This document shows, one piece after another, positions 12,001 to 30,998 of a DNA stretch of 64,000 bases. The DNA is taken from the NCBI RefSeq assembly GCF_964204645.1, contig NC_134029.1, forward strand, positions 9,326,850-9,390,849, given 5' to 3'. The notes under the pieces are model-generated. The model was not told the origin of the DNA. It searched no databases and worked only from the letters and a program-made list of their open reading frames with translations. Made by a program: the position numbers and the translations under genes. Origin of the DNA: Tubulanus polymorphus (lineage: Eukaryota > Animalia > Nemertea). Position 1 is the stretch's first letter; each line of letters starts with the position of its first letter.

Positions 12001-13789
12001 TCCTGTTGCTTTCTCAAAGAACATCTCATATCACACCTATGGCATCATAGGCCTTTAAGGATTAGCATTATGGGGATAGCTTTATTTTTGCGGTCAAATT
12101 GCAGATTAGCAACTTTCATATGAGTGATGCAACGATTAGGTCACATCACAAATCAGTGTCAGGCTCTGAATTTCTCTAGGAATTCAACACACTAATGTCT
12201 ATTTCAACCTGACTTGAGAGCATTCCGGGTGGCCTAGCTCAGTCAGTTTTGGTAGTACATACCTGATAAAGGTCTTACGTACCAAACTTCAGTTGGTAGG
12301 CATGGAGACATATTGTTAAACTTTCAAATCATGGAGTCACTTCTCTTCATTTAACCCCTTTCAGTGAAGACTTTTTGCATATCCTTCAATACAGTTTCAA
12401 ATGAATTAAAAAATGGTGACTTAGGTCGACTGCCAGCCCTTTCTGGTCCTAATAAGACCTTTATCAGGTATGTACTATCAAAAATGAGCGAGCTAGGCCA
12501 CCCGGAATGCTCCCAAGTCAGGTTGAAATAGACATTAGTAGGCGATGTTCCAACACTGGACAGTATGATTTGGGCCATTTTTTGTTTCGAGATTGGCAAA
12601 AGCTTTTCACCAGATGCCATATTGGATTTGGTTATTTAATTCATTTGGAGATTTCTTAATAACATTTGTTGAAATGATTGAAGGTCATCCATGCAATTTC
12701 ATTTACGGCCCATCACATTTCCATCAACACTTGGGTTACTTACATATTAGCTTACTACTTTAATTGTCTTTATCGTGGTAAAATCTGATGAGAAAATTTC
12801 ACTTATTCATGATCATATTTATTGGAGCATTTGTTTCAGCAAATATCAGTGACAATACTGCTTTTTGAATCATCAAATCCAACTTTTGGCCTCCATCCAG
12901 TATTAAATTTTTGACAATCTGGAGTCGAGATAACCTTGCATCATTCAAGTCATTTTGACTCATTTGAACTACTAGGCCTACTAACTAATGTCTATTTATT
13001 AATTGATGAGACCTGTTTTTCTGGGATATTTTGCTTACTTTTTGGGGTACATACCTCATTTATGTCTTAACAGAATGCCAAAAATCGCGGACAACAACGG
13101 AATATCCGATTTATTTCCAGTTCTGTACCAATTAGATGGATTGGCAAAAAGACTCCTTAAGTCCAATTGAATGAGAGAGAAAATCCTCCATTTTGTCAAA
13201 TTTCTTGAATTTTTACATTGTCACCATGCCTACGAAATGAAGTTATTTTTCTTGTGGGGTCTCAACAACTAAATCAGGGTGGCGTAGGCATGGTAACAAT
13301 GTTCAAATCCAAGAAATTTGACAAAATGGAGGATTTTCTCTCTCATTCAACTGGACTTAAGGAGTCTTTTTGCCAATCCATCTAATTGGTACAGAACTGG
13401 AAATATATCGGATATTCGGTTGTTGTCCGCGATTTTTGGCATTCTGTTAAGACATAAATGAGGTATGTACCCCAAAAAGTAAGCAAAATATCCAAGAAAA
13501 ACAGGTCTCATCAATTAATAAATAGACATTAGCACTTTCTAAAAGTGATGGTTCTCATGAGGTTAAGCAGAGAGAAACGTCGTCAGATAAGCATGAGTCA
13601 GAACGACGTAGTACGGCATCTACAGTCGACATAACCTAGGCCGTACGACTTATTCATTACGTCGTCGACGTAGTCCGTCGTACTCGTAGTCAACATCTTT
13701 TTTTTACGGAAAAACAACGTCATTCTTACCACAAATATTAAACCCAGTAACATCACCACAGCACGGGAAGTAAACGAACACACACCCAT
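12..13789 (-). CDS. TSPAN3: Tetraspanin, TSPAN3-like (259 aa, 7 coding exons)
   Basis: Exons 13789-13730, 11670-11479, 9573-9499, 7767-7666, 6506-6339, 6243-6160, 110-12, all GT..AG and phase 0. Translation MGVCSFTSRAVVMLLGLIFVAAAVALMFVG...LQCCGINNYTDW...VPTSCC...GCF...VLGMIASCILLC...YENI..LRV*. Four hydrophobic helices, CCG and PxSCC motifs, C-terminal YxxPhi motif. Subfamily is from recalled similarity to TSPAN3 and is less certain than the family call. Confidence 0.92.
473..1534 (-). mobile_element. Non-autonomous Helentron/Helitron2-like (HINE/DINE-1-like) element, family R1, copy 1 (deleted near its 5' end)
   Basis: Ends AAACTAGGGGTC..GGGACACCATGCCCACTTG and GTCCCAAGTGGGCTAAAAA (asymmetric subterminal inverted repeats, A/T-tract site). 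About four ~154-bp tandem monomers. High similarity to copies at 6632, 56217, 60224 and 62531. Confidence 0.8.
1650..1922. repeat. 273-bp direct duplication of 5625-5897 (intron DNA plus left part of a MITE)
   Basis: Colinear at offset 3975; four substitutions found by eye (1797, 1865, 1891, 1897). Confidence 0.93.
1915..3213 (-). CDS. DIRS-type reverse transcriptase with N-terminal RNase H fragment
   Basis: Uninterrupted 432-aa frame with RT motifs including YLDD; the terminal TGA lies in the junction with the duplicated segment. Confidence 0.85.
   Translation of the reverse strand: MPVGELARNFNNRVKPRPVVTVPVRIEARGRLQKGALPFGKTRNEFLGPVGGCLQQAATHWSYLFGDGWPSRVVSRGYRLRFLRRPGLMRSPPDMRPKPGQEALISPALKELAEKGAIEPVCNETSPGWFSRIFMVPKATGGQRTVIDLSSLNRHLDIPRFRMTKPKDVIQGLRPGQWAASLDLKDAYFQVPIHPKSRRFLRIKWKGRQFQFRSLPFGLSTAPWVFTKLVKSVQKVLQSRGVRLFVYLDDWLIVANLAQECREAMTSVLDLVHQLGFCVNREKSQLTPAQQFTYLGMDFDLRIGKVFPSMVRVAKLQEAVAGVSTTPRTARYWSRLLGSISSMGLVVPLGRLRSRRLQQYWKVFWSQSKGNWEALIPVPPTDLSPDLQWWAATTNLRLGVSLAPLEAPVRVFTDASHQGWGAHLENRVKAGR
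1923..5624 (-). mobile_element. DIRS1-like (tyrosine-recombinase class) retrotransposon, 3'-truncated within RNase H; no YR present
   Basis: Gag-like ORF with Cys/His N-terminus (CGH..DNHDSCASC..C..CKIC..W) and RS-rich region. RT with DLKDAYFQVPI, LPFGLSTAP, YLDDWL and FTYLG; RNase H start VFTDAS..GWGA. A long overlapping alternative frame as in DIRS elements. Lies in tetraspanin intron 6. Confidence 0.88.
3080..5287 (-). pseudogene. DIRS gag-like ORF1, disrupted (at least two frame breaks, near 5015 and near 3520)
   Basis: Pieces 5287-5015 (zinc-finger-like), ~5009-3504 (open RS/S-rich frame) and 3526-3080 change frame at each join. Confidence 0.7.
5741..6018. mobile_element. PIF/Harbinger-like MITE (278 bp)
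   Basis: TIRs AGCCGCGATCTCACA / TGTGTGATCGCGGCT; 3-bp TSD ATC. Longer relative at 51195-52172 and an inverted fragment at ~8938-9105. Confidence 0.75.
6632..7510 (-). mobile_element. Helentron-like family R1, copy 2 (internal deletion)
   Basis: Same termini, ~154-bp monomers and (GACG)n microsatellite as the other R1 copies; in tetraspanin intron 4. Confidence 0.82.
9931..11048 (+). mobile_element. Second non-autonomous Helentron-like family (R2), copy 1
   Basis: Starts TTTTTGACGCCT; subterminal inverted AGGCGTCAAA followed by an AT hairpin and CTTGTT end; colinear with 14526-15709. Confidence 0.65.
12192..12538. mobile_element. MITE with ~86-bp TIRs starting CTAATGTCTATTT
   Basis: 12192-12277 is the near reverse complement of 12453-12538. 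Confidence 0.75.
12985..13532. repeat. Fold-back palindrome, ~250-bp arms with ~48-bp spacer, same CTAATGTCTATTT termini
   Basis: 12985-13234 is nearly the exact reverse complement of 13283-13532. Confidence 0.9.
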
Positions 13790-14525
13790 TTTCGTCCTTA
13801 TTATTGTCGAATCAATCACGATAATAACAGGAACCTTTGAAAAACAGGACGATTGCTTTTCTGTCCTTTAAATCACAATAATAATTTGACTTATGACTAT
13901 CGGGATGCCCGAAATGACGTCATTATCATGTGATGGTAGTCCTTTTTTCGTCGAAAGATGGCGGTAGTCCATTTAACGTTCTTATCTTAGTGAAATAAAC
14001 ATCTAGCCGAATCTAACGAACAATTTGTAGGATTTGTAGATTTGTATTTATTGTTTTTGAACTTCAGACAAAATTTGATTCTAAAGCACTGATGGATTTA
14101 TGTTGTTAAAAGGTTAGGCTATTGATCGGAGTAGTCCGTTTGCCGTACAAGATTAGATCCACCATCCTCGCTTGCCAGGGCCAACTTCGGTTATCTGGAA
14201 CCTCGGCACTCGGTTTAGTGCCGAATAGTGGCGGATCCAGACCGAGGGTCTTTTTTCAACCGATTGACCAGCCAATTTTTCTGAAATATTCGTCATAAGT
14301 GGCCACAAACACGAATAAGCGTGCAAATTGTACTCATGGTATGTCGGGCACGTGCGCCCGCGGGCCCATTTGAAAATAATGAAGGAAAGGATTCTGAGCA
14401 ATCTAAATTTCTCGGCCGCAAAAATAAGACGATCTCATCAACTACAGTGACTTGATGTCATCGTCAATGTACTGCCCCAAGAGAAATCAGAGCAGGGAGG
14501 TGAGCGCTGTCGAATTCTACAACCG

Positions 14526-15709
14526 ATTTTTTGACGCCTTATAAAACGTTACCATTATGAAACCTAAACAATGTTAACCATTCAGCGTCATTTTACAAAC
14601 GACAGCCGTAAATCGATGTGCAAAACGTCACAGGTCTATGTGTACACAAACAAGCTATCTGGCAGAATATTATTGACATAGATGTAGAATGGCTTCCTGT
14701 GATTATATAATGACCTATATTTGAACGTCGAAATGTTATATTGCATTGAATATCATTAGAAGACGTATTGTAATAGTAAAGGATGTATGATTATACCAGA
14801 AGCGGCAGGCATAAATAGAAATGATAAGTAAATCGGATTATTCGGTTAGATGGCGGATGTATAGGCCTACACGATTTGGAAGTCTGATATAAAAGTCAGA
14901 CCCTGACGTGGGCATGCCGGTGGAATGACGAAGCTATCTACGATGTGCGTAGGGCCGACGTGAATTTCATCAGCGGCTACAAGCGGTCAATATGAAAATG
15001 TGTAAACATATAATTTCAATATTCAAACGTTTTAGAAAATATGTTTGATATTAGGAGTATGCAGGTTTCGTGAGATTAGCAATTTATAATAGCATAGCTG
15101 TCATATACGGCTTCGCGTCCTCTGATGGCAGTTGTATTAGGTGACAATTCAATTCAATTCTTTATTGATCCTTATTACATTGAAATTCCGGGATAAAATT
15201 CCCAAATTCAATAAATACAAATTTTAGAATAAATTAATACAACATACATGACACACGGGTAATTCATACAGAACAACATAAGCATATTATTTTAAATGAC
15301 AATGTCTACTTCAACCCACCCAGACTCAAGACTCTAGGATCGAGTGACAGCCACTAAACCCGTGGCACGGGCCGGCTGGCTAGGCCACACGATATGCTCG
15401 AAGTCATGATGAAGCAGACATCAGAAGGGCTCTTTCTTCGACCATGGAGGCTATGAAGTTGCAGACCAGCTTAGAGGCATAAGTAAATGAAGTCGGTCGC
15501 AAGTTCGCGATCAATTATTGAGAATTTTCAATAAAAAAATTACTACTAGAGTCGAAGACCTGTATCATCTACCCAATCGCCAAATCTCATCATTCCCCAA
15601 ATTTCTTAAAACTTCGATTTCAAATTTGCAATTCCACATTAGCTTAGCCCAGAAATTCTACATTTTTTTCGCAGGCGTCAAATAATTTTCTAAAATTAAT
15701 TTTCTTGTT
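14526..15709 (+). mobile_element. Family R2, copy 2
   Basis: Direct, diverged copy of 9931-11048 with the same ends (..GCAGGCGTCAAATAATTTTCTAAAATTAATTTTCTTGTT). Confidence 0.65.
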
Positions 15710-18503
15710 GTATATTTGACGGAATTGAACCAAGATTGAAATTTGTCAAATGCATCAAAAAATTGTAAAATTCGAGAAGCGACACACTCCCGACCCGCAT
15801 CCCTACAGCAGGTGATAGCTGTTAGATTATCGAACCCGAACATAACGGAGACTCGGACTGGGATCATGCACTCAACACTCTCGCAGGCCGCGTCGACTGA
15901 CGAATATCGTTGACCACGCGTCAAATCGAAATGATCGGCCTTAGCATCCCTCACTTGGATTTAGAAGAAAAAATGTTGCCATTGATCAAGAAAATTGTGT
16001 TCAACAACAAATTTTTTGGAAGGCACTTTGAAAGAAAATCACCGCACTGTAAGGTATGACGGGCTCAGTATCCGCCCACGATATGCTATAGCACCCTGAG
16101 ATTTCCGCTTTGCAAGCACAGGATAACTACGTAAAAAATCCTTAAATCGACCATCAGGAACCAACGACGAGAAAACGTTCTTAAAACTTCAAACCGTAAA
16201 TTTCACTTTATTTTCTTCGATATATTGGAGAGACGAGGCTGGACATCCAACCCGCTTAAAAGCTACAACTCGAAGATCTGATTTCTTTCAACAAATTTTC
16301 AACCAGGATACTATTACATAAGACACCAAGGGTGGCAGAGACCAGAAGGCAGTCATCAAAACAATACAAACAATACAAACTGACTGACACTTCAAGTACA
16401 TTTCTAAAACAAACAAACAGTCCGACACTCCAACAAAACTGACTGACAACCTGCCCCATTAGTAACATCAGGGAACTTCCCTGGTAACATCAATGAAAAT
16501 AAGACAATATTTGTAAAATAAGAAATAGAAATCATAAACTAGACCTAAAAAATACTCTGTTAATTTAGACTAAATTTAGTTAAATATCTACGCTGTAATA
16601 ATGCTTCTGACCTTAAATTGTATTCATTTAGTCTTTACTTGTATCGGGCGGACATCAGAAATGAATAACATTGAATTCATTTCTCAAATGAAAACAATCA
16701 TGAAGGTTACACGGATAAAAATTCGTATTCCATCAAATATCATCGCGAATACAATGCTGATATCACGACGACGTTTCATCCGTTATAAGTCAGATTTGTA
16801 ACCCCTGTTTCGCTTTTTATAATTCGCCCAATTGATTAATATGAATAAACTAACATAAACTAATGTTGATACCTCAGCAGATAGGCTCAGTCGATGATTC
16901 TCGATCTTATAAGCAACGCCATTAGCTTATGAGTACTAAACTGTGGTGTTATTGTTCAGCAATATGAAAACACTGAGATTCTGCCAAATAAAGTTCAATC
17001 GTCTTGAGAAGAACCTAATACAAGATCAATTGCATTTGGATACAACAAATTGGTTTCCTCTCGGTAGACCTATCCACGTTACTCTACAACCTGAATTCTG
17101 TTTTGAGCCGAAGTCCGTTGACCCTATCAGGTGCCTCTATTCCGAGCATGAGCTAGAACCGATTGTCTCCGAAAAATAAATTGAGCTATCTAACGAAATT
17201 CGCTGAATATACGTGTTTCTCATGGTTATCCAGGAAGAAAGACACTCTAAATATTTGGATGGATATATGAAAGCTGTGGGTACTGGAGTGTGTAATGGGT
17301 AGTGTAGTGTGATCTGTGTGCATTTGTGGCCAGCACACAGATCACAATGTTCAATGGGGTTTGGTCCAGGATTTTCAACAGCACGGAAGTAACGTGTAAT
17401 AAATGATGACTTGAATTGCATGACTACCTACCACCCCTCATTATTGTTGGAAAACTAAACGTTCGGCACTGACTAAAAATTTGTAATAACATTTTAGAAA
17501 TGGCCAGAATTTTAACTTACGTTCTATCTCATTTTTATTTTACAATTGCGATTGGTATAATTTTTTTTAAACGGCCGTTAAGGCTTCATGTTCCGTCTGC
17601 AATTCACTGCAAATAGTTACGCAACTACGCACATTTCAGTGTTTTGGCAGCTGTACACTCAATCGGCACCGTTCGTGACTAGCTTCACTGTGGAATTATC
17701 ATTAATTAACATCGCCATATCACATCATCAACTTATATTGTGCCTTAAAACCCTAACAGCCGAAATAATTGAAATGCACACACGATTTCTATCATTGAAA
17801 ATTGAGAGAGTGGCCATGTTTGTGTGCTTCGCGTAAATCCCGCGCTGTGGCGCACCCGCGCGGAGTGGGGCCGATACGTCAAGTGTTGGTGACAGTTTTT
17901 GGTTTGATATTTCATAACTGTTATCTGATTTGGCAGAATCCAATTAAAATGTATGGGCCCTCTATCAACAACAATAGATTATGTATTTCTGCCATAGCGG
18001 CCTCTTTACGGGCCAGTGGAGATACCGGGGCGGACCGGTTCAGGGGATTGAGCCCGCGTTGTGTGTATTGAAGAACGTTTTCGGAAAATGTTTATTAAGT
18101 TTTATGGCAGATTTCTTCTCAAATGACACCAGAAACTTATCAAATGCCCGGTATTACGGGGTTAATGAGAAAACTTTAGGGGAATATTTAAACGTTGTCT
18201 ACCAGTCTACCCATTGAATTGGCCGGGGAATGCCAGCAAACTATTCAAATTTCGTTGGGTTGCATGGTACCCGTGTCATATCCCTCTAGTGTGTGAATGG
18301 TCTAAATGTTAGATACAAATGATCGGTCATAGTCCGCATATCAGGAAACGGTAAAGGAGGTTGGTATAGGACCAACCTCTCTTTGAAACTAACCCCAATT
18401 AGTGCCCGTATCGGTAACCCTCTTAACCATATCCCTGCATGCTACAAACTGTCACGACAAAACAGATACAGTCAATGTCTCGACAGAATCGATGAAATCA
18501 TGA

Positions 18504-19026
18504 GGCCACACAAAGAAATACCCTAGTTTCTCAAGAAAGTAAAATGCCGCCCGCATCATAAAAAAGTTCATAAGAATTTAAAAGGCCAAAATGCGCTCGC
18601 CCGCATCGGCAAAGCATCAATCGTCTTTTTTATAGGAAATTAAAAACCCGCTCGCCCGCATGGCTGTATAATGTGCGAAAGTGTTATTTTCTGCGGGCGT
18701 TTAGATGCTCATTCTTCATTTCGAGGAAGCGTGAAAAGCGTGAAAATTGCGAAAATAATTGTTTCTAAATGTGACGATATAGTTTGATTTTATAGGTTTA
18801 AGGAGCTTCTTAATTCGAAGATTTTTGCATATGGTTCTACTTGCATTACATGTATTTGTTTGGTATTGGTAAAAAAACTTCCCTCCCGCCTATCTTCTAT
18901 AAGTCTCAGGTTGAGCTTTTTATTTCAACTTTTTCATTTGAAAAAAAGCAATAAAAACAAAAATTCGGCGCCCTCGTCTTTTCCCAGAAACAAATCTGAT
19001 GAGACCTACTATTTCTTTGCGTGGCT
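18504..19026. mobile_element. MITE with GGCCACAC termini (Harbinger-like)
   Basis: GGCCACACAAAGAAATA ... TATTTCTTTGCGTGGCT inverted ends; related ends at 42280-43089 and 49253-49904. Confidence 0.6.
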
Positions 19027-19029
19027 TTA

Positions 19030-19400
19030 GTTTATTTATTCAGCCTAAAATCCATATAAGATATGCTCATTGGCTTTACATCATATATATATTTAAAAAG
19101 CGAACATTAATTAATCAAAAGCTGTGATGAACATATGGGTTTTGAGATTCGATTTAAAAACATCGAATGAAGGACTCGATTCAATTGGACCATGGACGTA
19201 TAAACTAGTTTATGTAGTTTATACGGCCATGATTGGGCTAGGCAAATTATTCCAGAGTACTGGGGCAGAGTACGCAAAGGCTCTATGCCCGGCTGAGACA
19301 GACAAGATTAACGCGGGGAATGACAAGAATCCCTTCTTATTCAGAAGGGTACTGCGGTTACACAAAGGAGAGTGAGCAAGAGGTTTGTTGGCGATGGAAC
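19030..19400 (-). mobile_element. 3' remnant of an L2/CR1-group LINE
   Basis: Minus frame reads GHRAFAYSAPVLWNNLPSPI...SFDVFKSNLKTHMFITAFD*, typical of an L2-group ORF2 C-terminus, then a short 3' UTR and AATAAATAAA tail. Confidence 0.75.
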
Positions 19401-20679
19401 ACTCTCAGGTGCAGATCCAGGAGGTAAATTAACTTTAAGGGGAGCACTCATGAAAGGACAGACGATCCAGGGCATTTGGGGGTGCATGTAATTTTCAAAA
19501 ATGAACCCCGCTAGATGCATTTTAAAGGCATCTCGATGTCGATGCTAATACACAATCATCCATTTTCAGGCAAGACAACAGAGAGTTGTTACACTATCGA
19601 TTTTTTTTTTCAAACAACATATAAATTTGCACCCATGACAAAATTAAATAACTCGCACTGATGATCCTTAAGCTTCGCTTATAGACAAATAACAACAGAT
19701 CAGTTTTGAAATCTGAAAAAGAACCGATTCTTTTAAACAGGCCCCTACATTTTTACATTTGCACCAATGGAGAAAAATTAACAGCTAGCCTTAATAGACA
19801 AAGGAATCAACCATTTGACATATTCAAAACTCATGATGTTCATTTCAGCTAGAATTTCCTAGTCACAAAGGATAAGTTTATAGATACAGTTCCATAGTCG
19901 TGCGTTAGAGTTAATTCTGAGTTAAAATTAGTTTATTTTCAATGAATTAACTCGGGAGTCAAATCTTAACTAATTGTGGAACTGCCCACTGGTCCTTGCG
20001 CAGATTTCGTGACCTATGCAGGGATTATTTTCCATTTAGTTAACTCTTGGAGTTGCCACAACACAAATTGTTTCTCTTTTCGATGAATTTCCGCGTGTTT
20101 TCTCGTACGTATTTGAGAGGATTGAGTCCTGTGTGTGAATACCTTTTTTGCAAAATGCGCAAAAAGGTTTTTTCCTGACACACTCTTACGGAGCACGTAC
20201 CCCGGTGCTCCCAAAAATCCGGCCCTACTCTACAGGCACTCCTTTCTTAACCTATATCACGATTAATGCGATTAATCCGTCGGCTGTATAGCTCGTCAGT
20301 TAATTAGATCGGTTAAATACGCAACTGATCGCCGGAACACTTGTTTATAAATCATTATAATTAATTATTAGGGACTTAATCGTAATTGAATCGTAATTAA
20401 GTCTTAATTGCCCTTTATGAAACCGCCTCTGTGAAATTGTGTTTTGGTGGCAATCATTTTAAATTCCTGAATAAACTTTTGTTTTTGATTTGATACCGTT
20501 GACCACACGTCACGCGATACTCAACTTACTCGGAGCAGTCCTTTCAAGTATCCACAATAAATTGGGGTTCTCACGGATAGCGCACGCGGTCCAGCGACCT
20601 TGGCGGCCATTTTTTCTGCACAGTAACACTCACTCTTACAAGTCACCGGTAGCGGGTCGAGAACAGCAACTACCACAGC

Positions 20680-27029
<6,350 letters not shown>

Positions 27030-30000
27030 TGACACTCATAACGATAGGAATTCATAGTAAAATTTATTAAACGTTTCATGCCAGGGGAACAATGTGCTCG
27101 TGTATATTATATACTGACTCCTCCTCTCTTGAATGATCTAATAATAAAAAGTAAATTGTTTTTGTGTTAGATTTGAAATATTAGTGGGTGACGTTATTTA
27201 TTAAGTGACTAACACGACTTGAGGTTTCTTTAAAAAAAATCCATCATTGATTGATTATTATAAGTGTACATTTGCCACAATAAAATTAATATGTCAATTG
27301 TATCTGTATTGTTGTTGGTAGTTTTATGAGTGGATTTCAGCGCGAGAGACGTTGGCTACAAGAAAGTATATCGACCTTACCTTATTCAACATCCTCACTA
27401 TTGCCAGCAAAACTATACAGTACAAAAAGCCAATGCAATGGTTCTAAGAGTTGACTTGTCATTGTAGTGAGGGGTTCTGAATAGGGGCACAGCGGGTTCT
27501 TATTTAATCAGGTTATAGCAGGTTTATTTTTCCCTGCAGAGAAAATCTGGGAATTCTGACTTCGCGGAATAACATTACCATAGGAGGTTCCACTGTAGGT
27601 AACCCTAAGGATATCTCGTGATTTCTTAATCAGGGAATGTTTGTGCAGGGGTATTAATTAAATATCAGGAAATCTTCACTTTTTATTCTGTAAGAACCCT
27701 GTCTTAGGTAATAGGTATGTTTCCTTGGGCCCAGCTTTTCAAAGCTGATCTTGACTAATTCATTTTAAAATGAGGGTCACCATTAGAAAATTTTTGTGAA
27801 GCTGGCATCCTCATGGTGACCACTGACCTGGAGTACTCTGGATAATGGATATATTGCAACATTTTAAACCAATAGGTGCGATTCAGGAATATTTTGTTCA
27901 ACAATGGAAAAATCAAGGAATATGTAAATGGATGGAAAGTAGCCACCCGATAGTGAAACCCTTGCCTAACTAGCACAAACTGAGGGCTGGTTAAGAATTA
28001 GGAAATAAGAGAGATATCATTTTTGTCAAAGTTTGTTTAAAGTCCTCTATGTCTGACTTTGTGATGTCGACTGTTCATCTACGGGACAAGTTAAATATGG
28101 GTATGTAAATTATACATATTACAGGTATGAATGAATGACAGAAAAGAAAATTTGATGGGTTCCCGCAGTTCCTAAATTATTCTTCGGGATTGAATCCTAA
28201 AACTTCAGAAATTTAAGTGATTCCTTGGATTAAATATTACACTAGATTATCATGCTATGTCTGATTGCTATGGCCAAGCCCAAAATCCTTCAAGCCACTA
28301 AACATGCAAATAAACGCACAATTATTAAGATAACAGATAAAAGTTACTTATATGATTCGGTTTATTTTATTCTAAATACTGACTAGTGACACCTTTTATT
28401 GTACAAAACACAAATTACTACACAAGCAATAATTATAACAAAGATTTAAAACCATAAATAGGAGCCTGGGTCCCAGTTTCACGGCTAGTGAAAACATGAA
28501 ACTGGCCCCATGATCTTCGAAATGTGACCAGCCTTGAATAAATATTTTAAACAAAGAGAGTGGAGTTAAAGAAAAATAACAATACAATTTCGATAAGTTC
28601 ACACAGAGTAGAGTTAAGCACATTTTTTTTTCCAGAAAATATACCTGTGTGAATGAAACGCAGCGAGAATGTTAACTTAAGATATTTGAATCGTCAATAA
28701 GTCGGCCAAAACTTAGCTGCCCCTCCCGTGATTTCATTACTTACCATAAATAACATGTAGGAGCGATTTCTCCCGATCATCTTACCAGAAATCATGCTCA
28801 GTTCCATCAAAAGTATCACTTCAACAATTTTGTGGATTACGTGTATATATAAAAATCGAATAATGGATAAGAGAATAAAGAACAACTGATAATAACTTAA
28901 ATACATATGTATGTTTAAATACTGTAGTCCATTACATACATACGAAACCTGTGTGATGAGGGTCATTTTCTATACCATATAAATAGCATATATAAATTGG
29001 TAATGGATATACAGAATTCCTATTGAAGGAAATAAGATAAATGGCGGGTGATGAATCATCGATGTAGTTGACAATCAAGCGGAGTGGACTACTACTCTTT
29101 TATTTCAATAAGGTTTTTGACGAAGTGGTTTTATATGAATCGATATGTGAACGACAAAAAAAGGTACGTCTAAGGCAAGAAAGCGAACAAGCATTTAATG
29201 TCTGTATATAGGACCGTTGTATGCTCACATTTTGTTCTTACACGCATCGAGTTCAATACATTTTCGATGTTAGGACCTTTAGTATACCATGAAGGCCTGT
29301 TTTTGTAAATAGGTACAAAATCTATAATTTGAGAGGCATATGGGCCAACGAGTAGAAACTGACCACTTGACCACTGCACCCTTTGGGAAAACCTCGGTTA
29401 TCATGTAGTTAATCATAACCTCACCTAACTCTGGCAAAATTGGTCTGAGGTAAGCAAATATACAAAAATGATTTTTTGTCCGGGTTAGTCGAAAGTCCGA
29501 GTGTAGCATGTCTAAGGCGAGGTTTACGATATGTGACACATTGTCTGATAAAAACACTGTCGTGATAACTACCATCGTACTACGAAACTTATTTGGTGTA
29601 TAAAAACAGGCCCTGTTGATAATAAGTAAAAACCTGCAGTTGATATAAAAGCGTTTATAATGATTGATTTTCTCATTTTGGATTCTCTTATGATGCAGTT
29701 TAGAAAAACTCATCGAAACTGTTAGACGCTAAACGCTTTTATATCAACAGTGGGTTATCTCTACACACTGAGATAAATATCAGTCTTCCAGTCAGGCCCT
29801 GTTGATGCAGTAGCTTGTTTCAAGGTATCCTGGTAGGTATCAAATCAAGCACCACCTCTGACATTACACTTTAACAACATGTTTTTGTTGTATTTCCACT
29901 GTTCATCTTAACTGTCCAGTTTCAATTGAAAATGAATTAACAAACAGAATACAAATACCAGACATGAGACATTTTTCATCATCGCATTCTTCAAGAACAA

Positions 30001-30589
30001 ATGGTGAATATCTGAGGGGTGATTTGAGGCTGATTGATACCTGCAAAATGCACATCTCTTCCATAATCTCAAATATTGAACATTAGTAAAATTAGAACTA
30101 AATCTTACTTGGGTGTGAATAAAAAACAGGCTGCACAACTTCTAATTTTAGAATCCTAATCTATTTCGAAAAATCCCGCTTTTTCACAGAACCAGCAGTC
30201 TATTTCAAGGGTGGATCCAGAGTCAAAGGTGGTGTCCACTTCGGATATTTAGGGCTTTTTTCTAAGCTTCACCACGATTTCATTGTTCACATACACAATG
30301 ACTTTAAAAGATCTTCTTCTAATGTTAAAACACCTAATTGCTATAACAAGATTTTGATATCTTTTTGATATCAGTTATACAACCTTAATTTTGGCCTTCT
30401 ACTAAAAATATTCAGTCTAGATCTGGAATAGTTGAAGGAAGAGTTTTTAAGGGAACTCAAAATTTTAGGGGGGGTGTCGGTTACCCCCTGGATCCGTCAC
30501 TGCATTTATCATTCAATGCACATTGTTACTTTTCTTGATGGAAGATTTTCAATAATACTCAATTTCTGCAGAATTTAGTTCATTAGATA

Positions 30590-30998
30590 CAGTAGACTCC
30601 TCCATTACGCAGAAAAGGTGTGGATCAAAGGGGCGTTTTCCGTATTTCAAAAATAATACAGAATTTTTGGTGTCTTCATATTTCTGCAATTGAACCACAA
30701 AATCTGAGATGTTTTTAGAACACTTCTCAAACCGTCTTATTTTTCGGCCTGTGGTTTTTGTCCCGTTTCAGCTTCTGGGTTCACCCAGTTCTGGAGTCTG
30801 GGCCGTCTATGCCTTGCTACCAAGAATTGTATGACCACCGTGACACTTAGGCAATTGGTGGACTCCTAGGTGCCCTTCAGGAACTAGTGCTCAGGCACCA
30901 ATGTAGAAAACCAAAATACGGTACTCAAAATTATGTCATTTTGCATCCATGGGTCATTCTGCCGGTTCCAACTTAACCAAGTAATGTGGAGTCTGCTG
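30590..30998. mobile_element. TA-flanked Tc1/mariner-like MITE
   Basis: TA|CAGTAGACTCC ... GGAGTCTGCTG|TA. Confidence 0.55.
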
